From Methanobacteriota archaeon (GTDB lineage Archaea; Hydrothermarchaeota; Hydrothermarchaeia; Hydrothermarchaeales; JACRDW01): DNA of 26,306 nucleotides. How positions within the stretch are numbered: position 1 is the stretch's first letter; every line of letters starts with the position of its first letter. Location of the stretch: the NCBI GenBank assembly GCA_043820925.1, contig JBDRDL010000063.1, positions 1 to 26,306 of the forward strand, read 5' to 3'. The translations under genes and the position numbers were made by a program. The notes beneath the pieces are model-generated. The model was not told the origin of the DNA. It saw only the letters and a list, made by a program, of their open reading frames with translations, and searched no databases. Below are positions 9,035 through 17,574 of this stretch, one piece after another.

Positions 9035-9806
9035 TTTAAGAGTAACTCAAAAGCCTGAAGTGCGCAATCCTGTCCTGGTTGAAGGTCTCCCTGGGATTGG
9101 ACATGTTGGTAGAATTGCAGCCAAACATTTGTGCGCCGAGCTCAAAGCAAAAAAATTTGCGAGCATGTACTCTGATTCCCTTCCTCCGCAGATACTGATA
9201 AAGAGGAGCGGAATGATTCTGAACATGAAAAACGAGTTCTACTACTGGAAAGCTGGCAGTGAAAAACAGAGAGATATAATTTTTGTTATAGGAAATACAC
9301 AGAGTGCAACCCCTGAAGGTCAGCATGGTCTTACTGAAAAAATTCTAGACGTTGCGGCTGAATATAAGGTGAGCATGCTCTATACTCTGGGAGGTCTCGG
9401 AGTAGGAAGGCTCATAGAAAAACCAAGAGTGTTTGGAGCTGTAACGCACAAAAAATTCATTCCAGAATTGGAAAAACTGGGCGTTGTGATTCGAAGAGAT
9501 AGCACTGGGCAGATAATTGGAGTTTCTGGACTGCTGCTCGGGCTTGGAAAGCTGCGTGGCATGGAAGGCATCTGCCTGATGGGCGAGACTTCTGGGTACT
9601 ACCTGGACCCGAATTCAGCAAGAGCGGTCTTGGGAGTTCTCACCAAGCTGCTGAACGTAGAAGTCGACATGAGCAAACTCACAAAAAGAGCCAAAGACGC
9701 CGAGAAAAAGGTAGCAGAAGCGCAGAGAATGGAGCGCAAAATGATGGAAGATTTGGGAGTAATCCAGAGAGAGCCCTCAGAAGACCAGATGAGATACATT
9801 GGATAA
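9024..9806 (+). CDS. PAC2-family proteasome assembly chaperone homolog
   Basis: LVEGLPGIGHVG, YTLGGL, GICLMGETSGY..DP and C-terminal YIG, in its conserved position after nop10. Confidence 0.92.
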   Translation: MNFDLRVTQKPEVRNPVLVEGLPGIGHVGRIAAKHLCAELKAKKFASMYSDSLPPQILIKRSGMILNMKNEFYYWKAGSEKQRDIIFVIGNTQSATPEGQHGLTEKILDVAAEYKVSMLYTLGGLGVGRLIEKPRVFGAVTHKKFIPELEKLGVVIRRDSTGQIIGVSGLLLGLGKLRGMEGICLMGETSGYYLDPNSARAVLGVLTKLLNVEVDMSKLTKRAKDAEKKVAEAQRMERKMMEDLGVIQREPSEDQMRYIG

Positions 9807-9810
9807 TTTT

Positions 9811-9998
9811 GTTTTTCTCGTTCGGTGCATTCGTTCTGCAAGAACGAGAGCACGAGCGATGCTCATGCCCTCGCTCCTTCAGAGCGAGTGCTGCAAGTAT
9901 TCACACCTCACTTCGAAAAACTTTCCTGGTACTTCTTTTTCAAAGAAGTAGAAAGGTCTATCACCCCAAAAAGAAAACAATTAATTTATCGAAGGTGA
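9811..9998 (+). repeat. Composite hairpin repeat element (module A shared with the tRNA-Ala trailer, plus module B)
   Basis: 9850-9891 matches the minus strand of 17163-17204 at 34/42 nt. 9920-9978 matches the minus strand of 2519-2570. Confidence 0.85.
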
Positions 9999-10090
9999 AC
10001 TCAAGTTCTTATAGATTTAAAACTTTTGTTTGCCTCTTCCAACATACTAGGCTCTGAAGCTTTGCACAGAGTTAGAAAGTCTTGCCTGCA

Positions 10091-10454
10091 ATGGTCGGCT
10101 GCTGCTTGAACGAGCCTTATCATCTCCTCATTTTTTGGATAGGCTGTTCGCAACAGCGTTAAAGCTGCTCCAAGCACAACACCGCCGCCGACTACGACTT
10201 TGCCGCAAAAACCTCAAATTTCTAAATTTATCATAGAAGCTTATGCAAATCTAAAGCCTGTATATGAGGGCGAGATAAGCATAATCGGCAATCGAACTAT
10301 AGGAGAATATCTGGCGGAACGCGGCGTATTGTTTAACAGCACTTGAATATCAGTACATTGCGCAGGCGTAAACAATGAACCAAGTGCAGAGTTCGAGAAG
10401 TATGTTCCGAAAAATAATGATAAGCTCTTGATTTGGTTCGCTACTAAGCAATAA
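10091..10454 (+). pseudogene. Decayed secreted/lipoprotein gene
   Basis: A lipobox-like LLIFWIGCSQ in one frame shifts into a P/T-rich linker (APSTTPPPTTTLP) and a domain ...GVLFNST*ISVHC...YVPKNNDKLLIWF, with an in-frame TGA at 10344-10346. Confidence 0.5.
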
Positions 10455-10515
10455 TATTTAAGTATTTCTGCGCCCGGAGTGCCTCGCCCCGAACGGAGAG
10501 CGCAGCGAAAACCTA

Positions 10516-10522
10516 TTTATAT
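10516..10522 (+). promoter_or_regulatory. TATA box with BRE upstream of the antitoxin-like gene
   Basis: CGAAAA...TTTATAT about 34 nt before ATG 10556. Confidence 0.5.
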
Positions 10523-10555
10523 GTTAATCCTTACACATAGATACGGTGTTTAAAA

Positions 10556-10759
10556 ATGGAAATCAAAATACAGATTCCAAAGGGCGTACCTTCAGACCTC
10601 ATAAAAAGCCGTGTGGAATCCCTCGTGAGGGGAGAGGTATCGAGATTCCAGCTTCTCGAAGAGATTATAAGCAGGATGGCGCTGGACGAGTCAGACATTC
10701 AAGAGTTCGAAAAAACGAGAGAAACCGTATGGAAAAAATCAAAGACGGCATCGTTGTAG
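10556..10759 (+). CDS. Putative antitoxin (67 aa)
   Basis: Small ORF overlapping the start of a downstream PIN-domain gene, the typical VapBC-like layout. Confidence 0.6.
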   Translation: MEIKIQIPKGVPSDLIKSRVESLVRGEVSRFQLLEEIISRMALDESDIQEFEKTRETVWKKSKTASL

Positions 10760-11096
10760 ATTCCAATGTTATTTTTCAGCGCTAATTTTTAAAGGCTCTA
10801 CAAATCGGAAAATTCTTCAAAAGCCGCTTCTTTTTGTAGCCCCGGAATACAGATTTGCAGTTGATACAATACTCTCGAATATTATTTTTATTCCAGACGA
10901 ATCTTACAAGTCATTCATGAAAGAAGCCGTCGAACTTATGAAAAATATTGACGAGAAAGACTCGCCTTTCATTGCAGTTGCGATGGTACTTAATTTGCCC
11001 GTGTGGAGCAATGATAAAGCTTTGAAAAAGCAAAAGCGAGTACCGATTTATTCAACGGATGAAATTCTTAAGTTTATTAAGGGAAGGGGTATATGA
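10729..11096 (+). pseudogene. Frameshifted PIN-domain (VapC-like) toxin
   Basis: MEKIKDGIVVDSNVIF is followed by a 1-nt loss in the T run at 10772-10776, then continues SALIF...APEY...IDEKDSPFIAVA...VWSNDKALKKQ...YSTDEI*. Confidence 0.85.
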
Positions 11097-11148
11097 GATG
11101 AAAAAGGCGTCATTACTGAAGAAGTTCAGAGAACTTGAACCTTAAACA

Positions 11149-11466
11149 CTAAATCCATCCCTTTTCTTTCATTTGCTTTATTAATTCCGTAAAGGCATCT
11201 TTATCCATGCAAACGTTGAATTGGCCCCAACGCCATTTTTTATCTGGGGACTTGACCCAATACATGAAGCGAAATTGTTCACGACCCTTCTTATAACGAA
11301 GTTTTTCCGCTCCCTTTAAATATCCACGACCTTCTGGAATAAGCAAAACATCCTCTGCTTGCCCCATATTGACGATTTTACCTTTATATCTAAACGCGAA
11401 GGCCCTAGGATACTTACTCTTAATTTGAGCAATTTCCTTTTCCATCACCCTCAACACCTCCTTCAA
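11149..11466 (-). CDS. Hypothetical basic, aromatic-rich protein (105 aa)
   Basis: Clean ORF with protein-like composition. The start is uncertain (TTG, or the later ATG). Confidence 0.7.
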   Translation of the reverse strand: MKEVLRVMEKEIAQIKSKYPRAFAFRYKGKIVNMGQAEDVLLIPEGRGYLKGAEKLRYKKGREQFRFMYWVKSPDKKWRWGQFNVCMDKDAFTELIKQMKEKGWI

Positions 11467-11577
11467 CCGATAGACCTATTATCATCAAAGTATATTAAAT
11501 CTACTCAAAACATACTCCTTAACTTAACAGAACCCATAAAAGGAAAGTATTAAGTATTTTTTCGTTGATTGTAACAC

Positions 11578-12789
11578 ATGCTCATAGACTGCGATTTTCA
11601 CATACACAGCAAGTACTCCGGGGCGACTTCCGAGCAGATGAATTTCGAGACGATTTCCGAGCAGGCGCCATTGAAGGGTTTGAGCGTCGTTGGTACCGGG
11701 GATGCGCTGCACCATGCATGGCTGAAGGAAATAAAATCTTTGAATCCTTTTTCTGATGGAATTTACGAAAAGCGCAACTGCAAGTTCGTGATTACAACAG
11801 AGGTAGAGGATGCCCGCCGGGTGCACCACCTGATTTTCCTGCCCGAGATAAGCTCTGCTGAATCCTTGAGAGAAACTCTTAAAAAATTTTCTATAGATAT
11901 TGACAGAGACGGCAGGCCGCATCTAAGGCTGAGCGGTGAGGAGCTCGTTGATTACGTGGACGAAGTCGGGGGATTAATCGGACCTGCGCATGCATTCGTC
12001 CCATGGACGAGCATATACAAGGAGTACAGCAGCATTAAAGAGTGCTACGGCGATAATACGAAAAAGATAAAATTTCTGGAGCTTGGTTTAAGCGCAGACA
12101 CTTACCTGGCTGACTGCATACAAGAGCTGCGGGAGCTGACCTTTCTGTCAAACTCGGACGCTCATTCCCCTTGGCCGCACAGGCTCGGCAGGGAGTTCAA
12201 CAGGCTTCTGGTAAAAGAGCTGACTTTTGGAGATATAAGAAGAGCGATTGAGAGAAACGAGAATAAGGTAGTCTTAAACGTCGGACTTGACCCTCGGCTT
12301 GGAAAGTACCACTCGACAGCGTGCATAAAGTGCTTCAGGCGTTACGAATTGGAGGAAGCGACAAAGCTAAAGTGGCGCTGTATGGAGTGCGGCGGCATTC
12401 TGAAGAAAGGAGTCAGGAACAGAATCAAAGAGCTGAGCAGCTACGCTACGCCAAAGCACCCGGAGCACCGCCCAAAGTACATACGAATCGCCCCCCTTGC
12501 GGAAATACTCTGCCTTGCCTTGAAGGTTAAGAACATTTATTCGCCAGAAATTCAGGAGAACTGGAAGAAGCTCGTGAGCAGGTTTGGAAGCGAGATTTCA
12601 GTGCTTGTGGACGCCCCAATTGAAGACGTAAAAAAAGAGTCGAATGGAAAAGTTGCAGGGCTGATAATGGCTTTCAGAGAAGGAAAATTCGAAATCGTCG
12701 AGGGCGGGGGAGGTAAGTACGGAGAAATAGTTTTCAACAAGAAAAAAAATTACAAACGCAGTCAAGCCGTGCTGGATTCTTTTATTTGA
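11578..12789 (+). CDS. endoQ: Endonuclease Q family (PHP domain plus Zn finger; TIGR00375-like)
   Basis: DFHIHSKYS, GTGDALH, RVHHL, DGRP, PAHAFVPW, ELGLSAD, SNSDAHS, LGREFN, GKYH..ACxxC...CxxCG and GGGGKYG motifs. Confidence 0.9.
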   Translation: MLIDCDFHIHSKYSGATSEQMNFETISEQAPLKGLSVVGTGDALHHAWLKEIKSLNPFSDGIYEKRNCKFVITTEVEDARRVHHLIFLPEISSAESLRETLKKFSIDIDRDGRPHLRLSGEELVDYVDEVGGLIGPAHAFVPWTSIYKEYSSIKECYGDNTKKIKFLELGLSADTYLADCIQELRELTFLSNSDAHSPWPHRLGREFNRLLVKELTFGDIRRAIERNENKVVLNVGLDPRLGKYHSTACIKCFRRYELEEATKLKWRCMECGGILKKGVRNRIKELSSYATPKHPEHRPKYIRIAPLAEILCLALKVKNIYSPEIQENWKKLVSRFGSEISVLVDAPIEDVKKESNGKVAGLIMAFREGKFEIVEGGGGKYGEIVFNKKKNYKRSQAVLDSFI

Positions 12790-12804
12790 CGTAGGGGGTC
12801 AAAC

Positions 12805-12924
12805 ATGGACTACGAAGTCGTTATTGTGGGTGCAGGACCCGCAGGCTGTATGACCGCAAAGCGCCTTGCAGAGCTTGGAGTAGAAGTGCTGTGCAGAGAA
12901 ACGACTTCTCAGAAATTTCGTTGA
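12805..12924 (+). pseudogene. N-terminal stub of an FAD-dependent oxidoreductase (geranylgeranyl reductase-like)
   Basis: MDYEVVIVGAGPAGCMTAKRLAELGVEVL, then unrelated sequence and TGA after 39 aa. G-rich SD upstream. Confidence 0.75.
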
Positions 12925-12951
12925 ATTTGTTCAAAGCCTGTTGAACAAAAA

Positions 12952-13176
12952 TTAGAGCTGGTCTTTTAGCAAATAATAACCTGCACTTTTTTGTCGGGCG
13001 ACCCGCTTTGCAATGCCTTTGCCGGTCAATTCGTTCAGGGCATTCGCTACCTGTCCTTTTCCTATTCTCGTAGCCTTCATTATATCGTCTGCCGTCTTCA
13101 GGGAATCTTCTGAAGTTGCCCCAATCTTCTTCATAGCCTCAAATACTTTTTTTGCCAAATCCGAAACATCAGCCAT
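12952..13176 (-). CDS. Small winged-helix DNA-binding protein (74 aa)
   Basis: TADDIMKATRIGKGQVANALNELTGKGIAKR...GYYL wHTH pattern, with an AGGTGG SD upstream. Confidence 0.8.
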   Translation of the reverse strand: MADVSDLAKKVFEAMKKIGATSEDSLKTADDIMKATRIGKGQVANALNELTGKGIAKRVARQKSAGYYLLKDQL

Positions 13177-13421
13177 ATTGCCACCTAAACTCTATCAGAA
13201 TTTTTTTATGGATATATAAATTTATCGTCAGAGCGGTTTCGATGAGCCTCTCCACATAGCTTCTTATCCCTCCGCTAATAACCTCGTGCTCCAGCTCCAG
13301 TGTTCTTGCTGCCCAAGGATACCAACTTGACAGCATCTCCGAGAGCATGGGAAAAATATTTATATAAAAAGTTGTCATTTTGAGTTATATAGAATTAAAA
13401 TGTTACGGGTGGAGGTTGTTT

Positions 13422-15590
13422 ATGGGGAGACTGAAGAAAATAGCAGAAACGGCAACTAAGGATATAGCAGCGTTTTTTGCACTTTTTATATTAATAGCGG
13501 GTCTGGCCGTCTTCACTGGCTGCATAGGCCCGGAACAGCCTACGGGTATGATGGGCATCCGTCCAGTTTCTGCAGACGCAGATGGCGACGGTTATCAGGC
13601 CGGTAAGAAAGCCGACTGCGACGATAGCAATCCAAACATCAACCCGGGCGTGATTGAAAATACCCGGGCATTGTGTATGGATGGGATAGACAATGATTGC
13701 GACAGGAAAATCGACGAGCGTGATGCGGACTGTAAGGAAATTCTGAATGCAGAGACCGAAGCAGGTGCGTGCGGGGATGGAATAGACAATGACTATGACG
13801 GCTACGTGGACTGCGTGGACTCTGACTGCTCAAGCGACCCTCTGTGCTCCTACTGCACATACGGCACTCCGGAAGCAAACTGCTCGGACGGAATGGACAA
13901 CGACTGCGACGGGTACAAGGACTGCTATGACTGGGACTGCGATCTTGATCCTGTATGCAAAATACCGGTGGACCCGGTATGCGGGGACGGTAAATGCGAG
14001 GGGAGCGAAGACTGGCAGAACTGTCCGGCAGACTGCCCGGCGAATCCCAATCCAAGCCCTGCGGTCAGCGGCAGGCTGGAGATTCACCACATTGATATCG
14101 GGCAGGGAGACGCAACGGTACTGGTCAGCCCAAGTGGAAAGGTGGTGCTGTTTGACGCAGGCGAAAGCTACTGGAACAGCGGAAAAGACGCCCAGAGGAT
14201 TTCCACATATATCCAAGTACTGACTGGCGGGAAGCATATTGACTACTTCATAAACTCCCACATGCACCTCGACCACATTGGCTATGGCGGCATCTGGAAG
14301 CTGGTAAACGGCTATGGATTCACGGTCGGAAAAAGCTATGTAAGGGACTACAATGAAGTCTTAGGAACGTACAGTGGAACATATGGAAAATTTGTCAACT
14401 GGACGACCCTCGACAGGGGAGATGCGCAGCTTAATCTGGAGCTGGTTAACTCCAGCAAAACGCCATTCACCATCGACCTGGGTGATGGGGTAACTATCGA
14501 TGTTGTGTTGGTGAATGCAGAGGGTATCATCGCCCCAGGGGATTATAGCAGGGATGCGAGTCCGCCGTCGGAAAACGATTTCAGCATGGTAACGGTTGTG
14601 AGATACGGCAACTTTGATGAGCTGATTGCCGGAGACTTAAGCGGGGTAAACTATGAAAGTGGCTTTGGCTACCATTATACAGACATCGAGACAAGTGCCG
14701 GACCGCTGGTGGGGGATGTTGAGGTATACAGGGTCAACCACCACGGAAGCAGTCATTCAACAAATGCAGCATTCCTGAGCGCAATTGATCCCGAAGTGTC
14801 CGTCATCTCTGTGGGCAACGCCAACGCCTATGCGCACCCCAGAAACACCGTGGTCGATGCGCTGAAAGCGACAAGCGATGTATACATGACCCAGTACGGA
14901 GACAGGGATGGAAAGGACGGCGAGGACGACAGTATAAATTATACGGGCATAATTGTTGGAGGGGATATAGTCGTTATCGTAACCGATCCGAGCGGACCGG
15001 GCTATTTTGTTGAGAGCAACAGCTATGGAACCCAAATGCCGTCGGTATGCGGCAACGGCATTGTTGAAGGAACCGAGGAGTGCGACGACGGAAACACCGA
15101 CAGCGGGGACGGATGCAGCTCTACCTGTAAAATCGAGGGAGCAAGTAAAGTCGTCATAAGCGAAATTGCATGGATGGGAACCACAACAAGCGCCTATGAC
15201 GAGTGGATCGAGCTCTACAATGCAGGAAAGCTAGCACAGGATTTAACAGGATGGTCGCTCGTCGCAGCTGATGGAAGCCCCAGCATAACCCTGAGCGGCA
15301 TTATCCCGGCAGGGGGATACCTGCTGCTCGAAAGAAGCGATGACGATTCGGTTCCGGAGATAACAGCAGACATAATCTACACAGGGGCTTTGAGTAACAC
15401 GTTTGAAAAGCTCTTGTTAAAGAATTCAACTAACGCAGTTGTTGATGAAACACCCGACGGGACTTCTTGGGCAGCGGGAGACAGCGCAAGCAAGGCGACC
15501 ATGTACAGGGTGGACCCCGGCAGCAGCACCTGGGCAACCAGCACTGCATCCTACAGCGGAGGTAAAGGCACTCCAAAAGCAGCTAACTAA
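13422..15590 (+). CDS. Secreted/lipoprotein ComEC/Rec2-type MBL-fold hydrolase with Cys/Asp-rich repeats and a lamin-tail domain
   Basis: GGAGGT SD before ATG 13422 and signal peptide ending LAVFTGC. CxDGxDND(C/Y)D repeats. MBL motifs IDIGQGDA, FDAG, SHMHLDH, AGD, NHHGS and YAHP. CGNGIVEGTEECDDGN Cys-rich repeat. Lamin-tail VVISEIAWMG...DEWIELYN. Confidence 0.88.
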   Translation: MGRLKKIAETATKDIAAFFALFILIAGLAVFTGCIGPEQPTGMMGIRPVSADADGDGYQAGKKADCDDSNPNINPGVIENTRALCMDGIDNDCDRKIDERDADCKEILNAETEAGACGDGIDNDYDGYVDCVDSDCSSDPLCSYCTYGTPEANCSDGMDNDCDGYKDCYDWDCDLDPVCKIPVDPVCGDGKCEGSEDWQNCPADCPANPNPSPAVSGRLEIHHIDIGQGDATVLVSPSGKVVLFDAGESYWNSGKDAQRISTYIQVLTGGKHIDYFINSHMHLDHIGYGGIWKLVNGYGFTVGKSYVRDYNEVLGTYSGTYGKFVNWTTLDRGDAQLNLELVNSSKTPFTIDLGDGVTIDVVLVNAEGIIAPGDYSRDASPPSENDFSMVTVVRYGNFDELIAGDLSGVNYESGFGYHYTDIETSAGPLVGDVEVYRVNHHGSSHSTNAAFLSAIDPEVSVISVGNANAYAHPRNTVVDALKATSDVYMTQYGDRDGKDGEDDSINYTGIIVGGDIVVIVTDPSGPGYFVESNSYGTQMPSVCGNGIVEGTEECDDGNTDSGDGCSSTCKIEGASKVVISEIAWMGTTTSAYDEWIELYNAGKLAQDLTGWSLVAADGSPSITLSGIIPAGGYLLLERSDDDSVPEITADIIYTGALSNTFEKLLLKNSTNAVVDETPDGTSWAAGDSASKATMYRVDPGSSTWATSTASYSGGKGTPKAAN

Positions 15591-15775
15591 AAAGGTAGAC
15601 AGAACCTGATGCGCCTCCACCAAACCATTAGACAGTAATTATTTTCAACCGTCATTAAATAAATACGAAGCAGAGTAGTAATAACTCAGGCAGCTCAGAA
15701 TAAAACCTTCAACCCCGTCAGGGTGGTTGTTAATATAACGCAACTCTTATTATCCACGGAGTTTAACATTTAGGC

Positions 15776-16567
15776 ATGGTCGAAAGGGGGGTAGAAGAAT
15801 CTTACAAAAAATTGCAGGAGGCGTACGAAGAGCTGAAGGAACTGGACAGAATGAAGAACGAGCTTATTTCGAATGTCTCGCACGAGCTTCGCACGCCTAT
15901 AACAATTGCTAAAAATGCTATTGAGCTGGCGATGGACGAAGAGGTTGCGGAAGAGCGAAATAAATTTCTCGCAATGGGCAAGGGTGCGCTGGCTCGCCTC
16001 AATCTAATCGTCGGGGATTTGTTGGATATTGCGAAGTTCCAAAAAGGAATTTTCAAATTGGATGTCAGGAGTTTGGATTTGGAGCAGGCTATCAATTCCA
16101 TAATCCCGGAGATAAAACCGCTTGCCTTAAGGAATGATATCGAAATTAAAATTTCAGCACAGCACTTGCCAAGGGTGAAGGCGGATGAAGATTCCATAAA
16201 GCATGTTTTCTTCAATCTTATAAGCAACGCAATAAAATTCAATAAAAAGGGAGGGCAGGTTTTCATCGAAGCTAGGCATAAGCCAGACCCGCTCAGACCG
16301 CTCGGGGAAGGCTTTGTGGAGGTCAGTATTGCAGACACCGGCATCGGCATTGCAAAAGAGCACTTGGGTAAGTTATTCACATCCTTCTACCAGGTAGACA
16401 GCAGCGCTGCAAGGGCATACCCCGGTACTGGAACGGGTCTAGCGGTAGTAAAAAGAATCATAGAAGCGCACGGCGGCAAGATTTGGGTTGAGAGCGAGGT
16501 CGGAAAGGGATGCAGATTTACATTTACCCTGCACGCAGAAGCACCAAAAGCTGAGAAAAAGTTATAG
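15776..16567 (+). CDS. Histidine kinase (HisKA + HATPase_c) with no sensor domain
   Basis: H box [10 protein letters not shown] box [10 protein letters not shown]1 DTGIGI, F box LFTSFYQ and G2 GTGTGL. Confidence 0.92.
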   Translation: MVERGVEESYKKLQEAYEELKELDRMKNELISNVSHELRTPITIAKNAIELAMDEEVAEERNKFLAMGKGALARLNLIVGDLLDIAKFQKGIFKLDVRSLDLEQAINSIIPEIKPLALRNDIEIKISAQHLPRVKADEDSIKHVFFNLISNAIKFNKKGGQVFIEARHKPDPLRPLGEGFVEVSIADTGIGIAKEHLGKLFTSFYQVDSSAARAYPGTGTGLAVVKRIIEAHGGKIWVESEVGKGCRFTFTLHAEAPKAEKKL

Positions 16568-16572
16568 AATGA

Positions 16573-16627
16573 TGGGTCTCGGCGGAAGGTCGAGGTAGCG
16601 TAGCGCACCGAGACCGACGCCGAGATA
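16573..16627 (-). repeat. Structured tRNA-Val 3' trailer element
   Basis: Minus strand TATCTCGGCG...CGCCGAGACCCA, with a perfect 8-bp closing stem. Same termini as the Ala and Glu trailers. Confidence 0.8.
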
Positions 16628-16700
16628 TGGGCCCGCTGAGATTTGAACTCAGGACCTTCTCCGTGTCAGGGAGACGTCATAACCGCTAGACCACAGGCCC
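16628..16700 (-). tRNA. tRNA-Val (GAC)
   Basis: Acceptor GGGCCTG...CGGGCCC-A, anticodon arm TCTCC-CT-GAC-AC-GGAGA, T loop GTTCAAATC. No encoded CCA. Confidence 0.96.
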
Positions 16701-16704
16701 GTGT

Positions 16705-17118
16705 TCATATTAAACCTTTTTTTGCCACGACTCTGAGCCTAGCAGCGCTGGAAGCAACTTCACCGCTCTCGGTTTTTATCTGCACATCGACTATATAATC
16801 TCCGGGTACTGCGTCTCGAGTCAGAGTGGCATTGAAGACGATTATCCTGCTCTCTCCCGGCTTTAAAGTTAGGGTTGTCTTGTTGGGTTTGGAAACGCTC
16901 AGACCTTCGGTGCTTGCAGCATCGGCTGTGATTGTCTCTGCGGATTTGCCTATGTTTGTGATCCTAACTTCTAAACTTAGCGGCGGCTGCTCCTCCAGAC
17001 TAATCTTGCTCGGTATTATTTCACTCTCCACTTTTATCTTCTGCTTGCTATCTCCGATTATCGGTGAGATGCAGCCTGAAATTAAAAGCAACAGAATAAT
17101 AATTTTTTTCATGCGCAT
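16705..17118 (-). CDS. Small lipoprotein with an Ig-like beta-sandwich domain
   Basis: MKKIIILLLLISGC lipobox. VRITNIG...LKPGES...PGDY.V.V is a CARDB/NEW3-like pattern. Confidence 0.8.
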   Translation of the reverse strand: MRMKKIIILLLLISGCISPIIGDSKQKIKVESEIIPSKISLEEQPPLSLEVRITNIGKSAETITADAASTEGLSVSKPNKTTLTLKPGESRIIVFNATLTRDAVPGDYIVDVQIKTESGEVASSAARLRVVAKKGLI

Positions 17119-17153
17119 TCCTTATTGAAATCTGGATTTATAACCGTTGCGGT

Positions 17154-17328
17154 TGGGTCTCGGCACTCGTTCAGAATGAACTAAGGCATGAGCGTCACTC
17201 GTGCCATTCCGATAGGAAGATGGCACTACCGTTAGGTAGGCGCAAAACCATTCGGTCTTGCTCACGCAAGCGCCATCTTTCTCTCGAAATCTCGCTTCTA
17301 CGAAGCGAATGCGACGAATGCTGAGAAA
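17154..17328 (-). repeat. Structured tRNA-Ala 3' trailer element (long form)
   Basis: Minus strand TTTCTCAGCATTCGT...ACGAGTGCCGAGACCCA encloses a chain of short hairpins. Parts are homologous to 9811-9891. Confidence 0.85.
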
Positions 17329-17401
17329 TGGACTCGCCGGGAATTGAACCCGGGGCCCCCACATTGCGAATGTGGTGCTCTACCGGCTGAGCTACGAGCC
17401 C
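17329..17401 (-). tRNA. tRNA-Ala (CGC)
   Basis: Acceptor GGGCTCG/CGAGTCC-A with G3-U70, anticodon arm CCACA-TT-CGC-AA-TGTGG. Confidence 0.96.
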
Positions 17402-17459
17402 TCGTTCGCTCCGACCTTACCAGCCCATAAATTTACCTTCGGTAAAAATTCCAGATGTT

Positions 17460-17473
17460 GAAAAGTTTTATAT
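17460..17473 (+). promoter_or_regulatory. BRE-TATA promoter of tRNA-Ile
   Basis: GAAAAG-TTTTATAT ends 23 nt upstream of the mature tRNA 5' end. Confidence 0.65.
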
Positions 17474-17496
17474 CTATACTGTTATTTTATTCTATA

Positions 17497-17571
17497 GGGC
17501 CCGTGGCGCAGCTTGGTTAGCGCGTTCGGCTGATAACCGAAAGGTCAAGGGTTCGAATCCCTTCGGGCCCA
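17497..17571 (+). tRNA. tRNA-Ile (GAT)
   Basis: Acceptor GGGCCCG/CGGGCCC-A, anticodon arm TTCGG-CT-GAT-AA-CCGAA, T loop GTTCGAATC. Confidence 0.97.
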
Positions 17572-17574
17572 TAG

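Noticed and set aside
9809..10057. 82-aa ORF after PAC2
   Set aside because: It runs through the hairpin repeat element and has no protein-like features.
10344..10346. Selenocysteine codon
   Set aside because: The gene also has an upstream frameshift and no SECIS-like element was recognised.
13169..13378. 69-aa minus-strand ORF
   Set aside because: It spans AT-rich promoter-like tracts at both ends and has no recognisable motif. At most a gene fragment.
15802..16380. Long antisense ORFs (also 22682-23170, 13830-14276 and others)
   Set aside because: They are shadows of well-supported genes on the opposite strand.
17122..17364. 80-aa minus-strand ORF
   Set aside because: It overlaps tRNA-Ala and its structured trailer.
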